A DNA stretch of 63,413 nucleotides, the filler included, from Chiloscyllium plagiosum (taxonomy: Eukaryota), in assembly GCF_004010195.1 (NCBI RefSeq). It is 5 parts of one record of this genome, joined end to end, with 100 filler letters (N's around TTAATTAATTAA, not from the genome) between each part and the next. Parts side by side here need not be neighbours in the genome. Positions count along the whole stretch, not along the records: positions 1 to 29,398 come from NC_057716.1; 4 more parts are not named here. The stretch is one strand, 5' to 3'. Under the pieces are notes generated by a model that did no database searches, was not told where the DNA came from, and was given only the letters and a program-made list of their open reading frames with translations. Of the stretch, positions 1 to 9,689 are shown piece after piece; position 1 is the first letter of the stretch; the number at the start of each line of letters is the position of its first letter. A program made the translations under genes and the position numbers.

Positions 1-40
1 GAACAGCACAGCAGGTCAGGCAGCATCTAGGGAACAGAAG

Positions 41-76
41 ATTCGACGTTTCGGGCACATGCCCTTCTTCAGGAAT
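41..76 (-). ncRNA. Minimal type I hammerhead ribozyme motif
   Basis: Minus strand reads ATTC-CTGAAGA-A-GGGC-ATGT-GCCC-GAAAC-GTC-GAAT. Confidence 0.7.
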
Positions 77-343
77 GAGCAGAGAGTGTTCAGCAGGAGA
101 AGATAAAAGGTAGGGAGGAGGGACTTGGAGGAGGGGAGTTGGAAGTGGAGGAGATGCGGTGGAGGGCACCGTCGACCACGTCGCCTTCCTGACCTGCAGT
201 CTTCTTGTTGACCTCTCCGCCTCCATCCTACTCCGACCTATCACCCTCACCTTGACCTCTTTCCACCTATCACATTTCCAACGCCCCTCCTCCAAGTCCC
301 TCCTCCCTACCTTTTATCTTCTCCTGCTGAACACTCTCTGCTC

Positions 344-379
344 ATTCCTGAAGAAGGGCCTGTGCCCGAAACGTCGAAT
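344..379 (+). ncRNA. Minimal type I hammerhead ribozyme motif
   Basis: ATTC (helix I) CTGAAGA A GGGC-CTGT-GCCC (helix II) GAAAC GTC GAAT (helix I); palindromic ACGT in place of helix III. Confidence 0.72.
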
Positions 380-852
380 CTCCTGTTCCCTGGATGCTGC
401 CTGACCTGCTGTGCTGTTCCAGCAATAAAGTTCCAGTATATCTCTGAATCAGCTCTAATGCATGAGAGAACATCCTATTGTTCTCCTTGTCGAAGGACTC
501 CATGTCCCAGTGTTTGGAATGACAATGGTTAAATGTCATTTGTACATGCTGTGACTGCTGACTGATAAAATGATTGAAAAACTGTTTTTTTTTCTGATTG
601 AAATCATCAACAACGGATCCAGATGCAGAGCCTGTTGTCAGTTCTGTGTCTGCTTGTCTGCTGTACTACTAGATTTCATAAAATTTCCAAGTGAGAATAG
701 TATGTGACTTGGCAGGGAACTTGCAAGTGGTAAAATTCCCATGCATTGGCTGCTTTTGTCCCTCTGTCCAGAAGGTGCTATCAAAGAAGCCTTGGTGATT
801 TATTCTCATGCATCTTGAGTTTCTCCCTCTTTTCCATTAACTGAGCAAAAGC

Positions 853-2070
853 AGAGGTGTTACTTGCAACTTCTTTAGTGAAGACTGATGCAAAACACAT
901 GCTTAATTCATCTGTCATGTCTTTATTTTCTATCTTACTTCCCCAAATTCACTTTGTGTTATCTGCAAACTTAGAAACAATGTCCTCAGTTCCTTCACAC
1001 AGATTGTTAATGTACTATGTGAATAGTTATGCCCCAACACATCCCCCTATAGAACTTTACTAGTCACCGGCTGCTATCCTGAAAAAATCTCTTTATCTCT
1101 ACTCTCTGCCTTCAGCCAGTCAGCCAATGCTCTATCTATGCCAGTACTTGCCCCTAACATCATGGGCTCTTATCTTATTCAGTGTGGCACCTTGTTGAAG
1201 GTCTTTTGGAAATCCAAACCGATCCACTCTTTTGTATAGCTTGCTCATTAAATTCTCAAAGAATTCTAACAGATGTTTCAAACATGACAAAGCCAAGCTG
1301 ACTCAGTTCTATTTTACCATGCACTTCCAAGTACCCTGCAATCTCATCCCTAATAATGAAGTCTAAAATCTTACCAACAATCTAGGTCAGGTTAACAGGC
1401 CTATAATTTCCCATCTCCGTCCTACCTCTAGTGATTCCTGAAAGATCACCACCAAAGCATCCACAAACCCCTTAGCTATCTCCTTCAGAATGCTCCGGCA
1501 TAGCCCATCTGGCCCAGGAGATTTATCCACCTTCAGACCTTTCAGTTTTCCCATAACTTTCCCCTTCATGATGGCCACAATGCTTATCTGGTATGCTACT
1601 GATATCTTCCACTGTGATGACTGATGCCAAGATTGGCTCAGAACGTATCTCAAGAAACTATCCCAACAATATTCTAAAATCTCTCAACCTTTGCCCATCT
1701 GATTTTTCCAGTCTATATATAAATTATAATATCCCATGATTTTTGTCATACCTCTCTGACAGGAAACCATTTTTTAAATTTTATATTCAATCCTACTGAG
1801 TAGTTTTTATTAGGGGGCCTGTACATTAATCCCATGAGTAACTTTGGGGGTTTATCATTTCTCATCTCTAACCAACAGTTACTGTATGCTAGTATGCTGA
1901 ACTTAGATCATCTCTCTTTATTGTCACCCAGTTACCTTGGATAGCTTTATATCCTTCCTAGATGTCAGGTTCCTTTCAAATATTCAAGATCCAAGCTATG
2001 TCATGCTGCAGTCATGTCTCCTTAATGACTTTCAAATCATATTTATTCATTTTTATTTGTATTATTAGTT
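853..2070 (-). mobile_element. CR1 LINE ORF2 fragments, degenerate
   Basis: LKGLKVDKSPGPDG...LVVIFQESL motif in ORF 1387-1653; multiple stops and frameshifts. Confidence 0.75.
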
Positions 2071-2136
2071 TATTTCATGCATCTTGAGTTCCTCCCTCCT
2101 TTCCATTAACTGAGTAAAAGCCACATGCCTTCAGAT

Positions 2137-2983
2137 TGTTGTGAGGCACTTCATATTTAATACTGTTTGAGGACTCATGTCTACAAAATCGTGAACGTTC
2201 ATTTGAACACTGAGAAGTTACCTGGACTATATTTAGTTTTCTGAAAAAAGGTCACTGAAAGGACATATTGGGCATTTTGTTTAAAATTCATTTCTTAAAA
2301 CTCATATGGCTAAAGTTAATTGCTTGGACTTGTTTACTAGAAGTCACATGCCTTGATTTAACTGTCAGGAATTAGTTTTGATTTGGATCTTGTTTGGAGT
2401 TTAGTTAGGATATAGCCTCCTGAGTGAATGTACCAAATGTTTCCTGTTATTCTGAGTAATGCTTTTTGAAGGTGCAATGTGAAAACTGAAACACCAATCT
2501 GGCTGTTCTCTTGAAAAGCTTCTAAAACAGTTATTTTTGATGTTTCCTGATCAAGCTGCAACTGCAATCATTCCAGTGACAACTGCCTATGTTTAGTGAT
2601 GCCCATCTAAATGTCAGCTGAAAGCCACCTTGAATATTTATGTCTTATCCGTTTCACCCTCCAAACACTAAAAAAAGTATTGGGCAAAGTTTACCCTCTG
2701 CCGTGAGTTATTTAGCAGGGTAGATATTTATACTTTCAGATGGAAAATTGGGTAAATCAACTGTACATCTTTGCTGAATAAGTCTTGTTTCCATAACATA
2801 ATCAATACTTTTCTTGTTTATGAAAAAACACCTGGTGCTGGATCATTTAACTCTTAAAAAAGGTACTTAATGAGCTATATTGGTGACTGGATAAAACATT
2901 TTAATACGTGCTGTAACCAACGGTGTAGTTAGACTAGAGAGAGTGAGAGAGACCAGTGCACTCCTCCCATCTTAGTCATAACA
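2137..2983. mobile_element. Solo LTR (847 bp)
   Basis: Termini TGTTGTGA...TCATAACA (TG..CA, 7/8 inverted), flanked by AGAT/CGAT, a near 4-bp TSD; no internal ORF. Confidence 0.55.
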
Positions 2984-2989
2984 CGATAC

Positions 2990-4008
2990 AGAGTCTTTGT
3001 GTCATTTTATTATTTTTGTGACTTCTAGCCTTATCTGTTGGTTTACTCTCTATTAGTTCTGGTCATGGTCTGTTTGTCATTCCCAAATTTGATCTTTTGC
3101 GCCAACTATTTAGTTTAAAATATTCTCAGCTTCCCTAGTTACATCGTTATCCTCAGCAAGATTCAAGTGCAGACCATCTCACTGGTACAACTTTCAATTC
3201 CTTAGTACTAGTGTCAGTGCCGCAATAACCTGAACACATTTCTACTGTATCATTCTTTGATCCACACATTCATTTTTCTAATTTTACTTGCCCTATATCA
3301 ATTTATATGTGATGCCAGTAATAATCCAGACATTATGGTCTGTGAGGTTCTACTTTTCAGTTTGTACCTAGCTCCTCATTCTGACTATGAAGAACCTCTT
3401 TCCTTGTCCTGCCAATGTCAGTGGTACCTGCATGGACCACTATGACTAGATCCTCTGTCTCTCACCGTAAATTACTCTGTAGTCCTGATCAGATGGCCTG
3501 AACCTTGATCCCAGGCAGGCAACTTAATGCCAGCTGTTTTCTGTAGGGAATAGAGTCAATGACCACACCCCCCCCAAAACTTCCCCCAACATATTACATA
3601 CCTTTTTGTTGCTCCCTCCCCCACCTGAATGGTCTCCATTGCCAGTGTCAGTTAACTCATCCACCCTGCAGCTCATACTCTCATCCAACAAGCTGAAAGG
3701 ATTTCAAATATGTTGAATAATTGCAAAGGCACCTTTGCCCGTTGAGTACCCAAGCCTCACTCGCAGTCACACCCTGACCAGTCTCCAAATCAAAAGATTC
3801 TATCTTAAAGAATGTGACCACCTCCTGGGATAAAGTATCCAGTAACTTTTCTCTACACTGATGTGTCACAATGTATGATGTTTGGCTTCCAGCTTATAAA
3901 CTCTGAGCTAAAGCTGTTCAAACTGCAAACACTTATTGCAGATATGGCTTGCCCTGGATCACAGTGGCATCCAGGAACCTCCATAAGCTGCAGCTATAAC
4001 ACATCAAT
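2990..4008 (-). mobile_element. CR1 LINE 5' part (ORF1 zinc-finger/esterase region), degenerate
   Basis: MCYSCSLW..LDATVIQG...C.KCLQ and LDTLSQEVVT motifs typical of shark CR1 ORF1. Confidence 0.6.
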
Positions 4009-4102
4009 TATTAAGGAAGGCAGGACATTGATGTGTTATAGCTGTAGCTTATGGAGGTTCCTGGATGCCACTGTGATCCAGGGCAAGCCCAATCTGCAAT
4101 AA
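3933..4102. repeat. Long inverted repeat, 76-bp arms with 18-nt spacer
   Basis: 3946-4008 vs 4027-4089 match 62/63 as reverse complements; extends to 3933/4102 with two more mismatches. Confidence 0.95.
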
Positions 4103-4394
4103 TTAATAATATATTATTAATTACCTAATAATATCAGAAGAGACTGTTTTTCAGCAATCGAATAATCCAGTAAGAGAGACCATAAATAGGACTAAATGTA
4201 AGAGATTAAGGATGAAATGGATCAATATGTTTGCAAGAGTGGTTTTGAGATGTAGAATGCACTTCCAGAGTTGTTTAATGCAGCAAAGGCCATGGATGGA
4301 ATCCTGTGGTATCTTGACTTTGATGGTCGAATAGTATTCAATCAGGTGGAAGACTAATGCATGAGACACCTGATTCTATCCCAAAAAGTTAATA

Positions 4395-6095
4395 CTGGGA
4401 AGACAGATAAGGCAAAAGATAAGACTGATGCATTCACAACAATCTTTAGTCAGAAGTGCTGTGTGGATGATCCATCTCAGGTTCCTCCAGTGGTCCCCAG
4501 CATCACAGATGTCAATCTCCAGCCAATTCGATTCACTCCATATGATATCAAGAAACAGTTGGAGGCACTGGATACTGCAAAGGCAAAGAGCCCTGATAAC
4601 ATTCAGCAATAGTACTGAAAATGTGTGCTCCTGAACTTGCCACTTCCCTAGCCAAACTCTTCCAGTACAGTTTCAACACTGGCATCTACGCAACAACGTG
4701 GAAAACTGCCCAGGTATGTCCTGTACACAAAAAGCAGGACAAATCCAACCTGGCCAATTACTGCCCAATCAGTCTACTGTCCATCATTAGTAAAGTGATG
4801 GAAGGGGTCATCAACAGTGCTATGAAGCAGCACCTGCTCAGCAACAACCTGCTCAGTGATGCCCAGTTTAGGTTTCGCCAGAATCACTCAGCTCCTGATC
4901 TCATCACAGCCATGGTTCAAACGTGGACAAAAGAGCTGAATTCCAAAGGTGAGGTGAGAGTGACAGCCCTTGACATCAAGGCCACATTTGACCGAGTGTG
5001 GCAACAAGGAGCCCTGGCAAAATTGGAATCAACAGGTATCGGGGGTAAACACACCGCTGGTTAAAAACCATACCTGGCACAAAGGAAGATGGTTGTGGTT
5101 GTGGAGGGTCAGCCATCTCAGCTCCAGGACATCTCTGCAGGAATACCTCAGGGTAGTGTCTTCAGCCCAACAATCTTCAGCTGCTTCATCAATGACCTTC
5201 TCTCTGTCGTAATGTCAGAAGTGGGAATGTTCGCCGATGATTGTACCATTGTTCAGCACCATTCGCGATTCCTCAGATACTGAAGTACTCCATGTTCAAA
5301 TGCAACAAGATCTGGACAATATCCAGGCTTGGGCAGAGAAGTGGCAAGTAACATTCGCGCCACACAAATGCCAGACAATGACCATCACCCATAAGAGACA
5401 CTCCAACCACTGCCTCTTGGCATTCAACGGTATTGCCATCACTAAATCCTCCACTGTCAACATTCTTAGGGTTACCATTGACCAGAAACTCAACTGGTCT
5501 CACCAAATAAACACAGTGACTACAAGAACAGGTCAGAGACTAGACGAGTAACTCACTCCTGACACCCCAAAGTCTATTCACCATTCACCAAGTCAGCAGC
5601 ATGATGGAATATTCCCCATTTGCCTGGGTAGGTGCAGCTCCAACAACACTCAAGAAGCTTGACACAATCCAGGACAAGCAACCCACTTGATTGGCATCAC
5701 ATCTACAAACCCTCCACCATTGACGCTCAGTAGCAAGAGAGTGTACTATCTACAAGATTCACTGTGGAAATTCACCAAAGATCCTTGGACAGCACCTTGC
5801 AAACCCATGACTACTTCCATCTAGAAGGACAAAGGCAGCAGGTACTTGGGAACACCACCACCTGCAAGTTCCCCTCCAAGCCACGTACTACCCTGACTTG
5901 GAAATATACCATCATTCCTTCATAGTTGTTGAGTCAAAATTCTGGCATTCCCTCCCTCCCGGCATCAACCCACAGCAAGTGTACTGCAGCAATTCAAGAA
6001 GGCAGCTCACCACCACCTTCTCAAGGGCAAATACGGATGGGCTATCAATACTGGCCAGCCAGCTTCGCCCAAGTCTCACAAATGAATTTTTTAAA
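4395..6095 (+). mobile_element. CR1-group (Zenon-like) LINE, 5'-truncated ORF2 with RT and 3' tail
   Basis: PVHKKQDKSNLANYCPISLLSIISKVMEG, DIKATFDRVW, GIPQGSVFSP and MFADD across frameshifted ORFs 4361-5551. Confidence 0.85.
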
Positions 6096-6314
6096 ATTTG
6101 AATAGTCTTCCCATCCTGTGACCAATTTGAGACTTTTAAGTAGGCAATTAATATCCCTGGAAGGACCTTAATTGACTGGCACTGGTTTAACCTGTTTTTT
6201 TCTTTTGGTGGGAGGGCACTCATCATTTTGGCTGTATAACTTTAAAACTGTGCGTGGTTACTTGCGGTTTCCCAGGAGGGTGCTTTTTTCAAAAACAATG
6301 GCACCTAGTTAAGG

Positions 6315-6445
6315 CTCATTCCTGAAGAAGGGCCTGTGCCCGAAACGTCGAATCTCCTGTTCCCTGGATGCTGCCTGACCTGCTGTGCTGTTCCAGCAAT
6401 AAAGTTTCAACTTTGATCTCCAGCATCTGCAGACCTCACTTTCTC
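6315..6445 (+). mobile_element. 131-bp PLE-tail mini-insertion headed by a hammerhead motif (6318-6353), 13-bp TSD
   Basis: CACCTAGTTAAGG at 6302-6314 and 6446-6458; insert near-identical to 341-432 where they overlap. Confidence 0.85.
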
Positions 6446-7129
6446 CACCTAGTTAAGGGGTCCAGCAAAGGAATATGGAGCCTGCTGAAAGCCATTTCTT
6501 GTCTTTGCTGCTGAACATCTTGCCCATGACCCCATCATGGAATCCCCTGTCTTGGCATCACAAGTCTTAGAATCCAGGTATTAACCCGGGCTTTAGGTGG
6601 CTAAGTGCTCAACGGTGGCCACCACCATCTGCTACAATTCAATAGAGGGCAGATCTCTAATTGGCAGGAAAATATTGGAGGGCAGGACATCCTGCCTCCG
6701 TGTCTTTGATTCAAGACGAAGGTCCACTGCTGCTTGTCAAACATCAGAGTGGCACACGATGCTGTGGCAACATGAGGCTCACATCAGCTCTCTGGCAGTC
6801 AGTCAAAAACCCCATTCCCACCATGTGATTCCGCCCTTTGTTAATATTTAAGAAAGGTTTAACTAGTTGTTTGAATAAATGGAACAGAATTTGATATAGG
6901 AACAGGTTAGGCAAAAGAAATTAGGATTACTGTTTGTGTGAGGGTTAAACAACATTGTAGTTCAATTTGTTCAAACAACCCAATTCCATATTATAATTGC
7001 AAAGTAATGCAATTGTAATACTTTTACATTTCAGGATCTCGGTCAGCAACTGACAGTGAAAGGAGGCAAATGAAGATGAAAGGGTAGGATATCATAAAAC
7101 ACAGGAGGGGAGACGAAACTGTGGGACTG

Positions 7130-8418
7130 GGGGTTTATCATAAATGCATTTAGAGAGTCAAGGACTGTTTGGGATAGTTAACATGGCTTCGCGCATGGGA
7201 AATCATGTCTCACAAACTTGACTGAGTTTTCTTTTGAGAATGTGAGCATAAAAATAGATGAGGGCAGAGCAGTAGCTGTTGTCTACATGGACTTTAGTAA
7301 AGCCTTTGACAAAGTTCCGCATGGTACGCTGGTTAGTAAAGTTAGATCATATGGGATTCAGGGAGAGCTTGCTAACTGTCCCCTATCAAAACTGGCTTGA
7401 TGATAGGAGACGGAGAATGGTGGTGAAGGGTTGTTTTTTGGACTGGTGGCCTGTGACCAGCAGTGCTCCACAGGGATCAGTGCTGGATCCACTGTTGTTT
7501 GTCATTTACATGAGAATTTAGGAGGCATGGTTAATAAGTTTGCAGATGACACCAAATTGGTGGTATAGTGGACAGTGAACAAGGTTTTTTAAGATCCAAA
7601 ATGGATCCTGATCTATTGAACCAATGGGTTGAGGAGTGGCAGATGAACTTCAATTCGAATATATCTGTGGGATTGTATTTTGTAAGATGAACAAGGGCAA
7701 GGCATATACAGTTAATGGTAGGTGCCTGGGTAGTGTTGTTGAACGGAGAGACAAAGGTGTTCAGGGACCTAGTTCTTTGAAAATTGTGTCCCAGGTAGAG
7801 ATGGGTAAGATGGCATTTTGCACAATTGCCTTCATTGCTCAGACCATTGATTATAGGAGTTGGGACGTCATGTTGAGGTTGTACAGGATATTGGTGAGGT
7901 CACTTTTGGAGTACTGTGTACAGTTCTGGTCACCCTGCTATAGAAAATATATTATTAACTTGAAGAGGGTTCAGAAGGGATTTATCAAAATTGAAAGATT
8001 TGAGTTGCAAGGAGAGGCTGGTTAGGCTGAGAATGTTTTACTAGAGTACACGAGGTCCAGAGGTGACCTTATAGAGGTTTTTAAAATCATTAGGGGCATT
8101 AAAAAAAGGTAAATAACAAAGGTCTTTTCCCCAGGGTGGGGTAATTCAAAATGAGATGTCATATTTTTAAGATGGGAGGGGAAAGATTTAAATCGGACAT
8201 GAGGGGCAACTTTTTCACACTGGCTGTTTCGTAATTGGAATGAACTGTCAGAACATGTGACAGATGCAAGTACAGTTTAAAAGACATGGATAGGAAATTT
8301 TTAGAGGGATATGCGCGAAATGCACGCAAGTGGGACTTGTTTAGTTTGGCAAACTTGGTCAGCATGGACAAGTTGGATCGAATGGTCTGTTTCCGTGCTA
8401 TATGACTCTATGACTCTA
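7130..8418 (+). mobile_element. CR1 (HER1-type) LINE, 5'-truncated
   Basis: YMDFSKAFDKVPH, PQGSVLDPLLF, KFADD and [10 protein letters not shown] motifs; ends in a (TATGACTC)n tail. Confidence 0.9.
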
Positions 8419-8594
8419 AACTGGATAGGTCTTACTTTCCTTAAGACTGCTTTACATCTATAACATAGTTCCATACTTAGTAGATAATGTCTAGAGCTTG
8501 ATTGACATGTGCTATACCTAAAATTATAGATAAGTAGATAACTAACCTCTAAAAAGTCAAATATCAGTTGTACAATAAATGGTGTTTAAATTAC

Positions 8595-8775
8595 CTGGTT
8601 TTCGAGGTCTGCTTTCTTTTGCTTATTGGTTTCCAATTGTTCTTGCAGTTTTTCCAGTTTATCTTGCACTTCCTTAAGTGCAGCTTGCTTCTTTCTTAAA
8701 CCATCCATTGCTATCTTCAATTCACCTTCAGCCAGTGCTAGCTTCTCTTTCTTGGGAGCTACAACTTTAGCCACT
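8595..8775 (-). CDS. DNAH7: DNAH7 internal exon (stalk CC2: VAKVVAPKKEKLALAEGELKIAMDGLRKKQAALKEVQDKL...KKADLENQ)
   Basis: AG acceptor at 8777-8776, GTAATT donor from 8594; 181 nt, phase 2 to 0; AA|A lysine codon completed across a 128-nt intron. Confidence 0.95.
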
Positions 8776-8903
8776 CTATTAAAAAGGAGGTAGGTTGAGC
8801 AGATGAGAAACGAAAAGACTTACTATATCTCGTGTAATATAAAATTGAAACTGGTGAACAGAATGAGATTTAAATATTCTATGAGCCAAATATAAGAACT
8901 TAC

Positions 8904-9250
8904 TTATCATAGGAGTCGATTGCAATAACCCATTTGCAGAGGCCCTCAGCTGCTGTGGACGCATTACGAATCTTTTCTGGAATAAATTCTGGATTTGTTA
9001 TGTATTTATTCCTAATGACATTTATGATGGCTGAAGGAATATTGTCCTTGTCATATTCATGGAGAGACTGTAAAAGTTTCATGTCACCCAGTACTTTTTT
9101 GGCAGGGCCCCAGAAATCTTCAATCTTTTTACCTGATCCAGTAGGATCTGGAACTCTGTCTGGTTTTATTCCTTTTAAAATACAAATTGCCTCCATAACT
9201 AACTTTACTCCAGCTGGGGGACTCTTCATAGACTTCATCACAGTAATATC
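8904..9250 (-). CDS. DNAH7: DNAH7 internal exon (microtubule-binding domain: DITVMKSMKSPPAGVKLVMEAICILKG...AAEGLCKWVIAIDSYD)
   Basis: ttttAG acceptor at 9252-9251, GTAAGT donor from 8903; 347 nt, phase 0 to 2; very close to the vertebrate DNAH7 MTBD as I recall it (DPTGSGKKIEDFWGPAK). Confidence 0.95.
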
Positions 9251-9334
9251 CTAAAAGAAAATTGAGCATTCAGCATTGTATCATAATAGCTTACATGTAA
9301 TTATTACAGAATTTGGATTTGCAACAGATATATT

Positions 9335-9541
9335 AGTAAAGTTGCCGTAGGCAACCATAGGGTTCCTGTCTCAGTAAAGAGAGCCGACTGGTGGTGAGTT
9401 TAACCTGATGGTCACCAAGCCTCAGGTGAAGGATGGGGTTGAGAATGTGCTACCTTCATGGTAACCTCAGCCAGTGGAGGACTAGAACTCACATTGTCAG
9501 CATCGCAAACCAGCCATCCAGCCAAAGGTACTAACTAACCC
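9335..9541 (-). mobile_element. tRNA-derived SINE, degenerate
   Basis: Minus strand starts GGTTAGTTAG...TGGCTGG with a B-box-like GAGTTCTAGTCC; about 200 bp. Confidence 0.45.
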
Positions 9542-9689
9542 TATTATGATCTTGCTGGAAGAATTATTCCACCCTGATGAAACCCACATAGGTTGTAGCT
9601 AAACAAGCAACACTAAATGCAAATGACTGAAAACCTTACAACATTCCATTCAAGGTCATCTTTAGAAAGTGTTATCCAAAGGGAGGTGG

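Larger units (their letters stand above)
1..432. mobile_element. Penelope-like element tail as an inverted (foldback) pseudo-LTR pair
   Basis: 1-143 is the near-exact reverse complement of 276-419; each arm carries a CTGAAGA...GAAAC core; same tail sequence as 6315-6445. Confidence 0.75.

Noticed and set aside
8934..9254. 106-aa ORF antisense to a DNAH7 exon
   Set aside because: Shadow ORF of the coding strand with no recognisable motifs.
9570..9605. CTGATGA followed by an AACC/GGTT stem as another hammerhead
   Set aside because: No GAAA directly after the stem and no PLE tail context.
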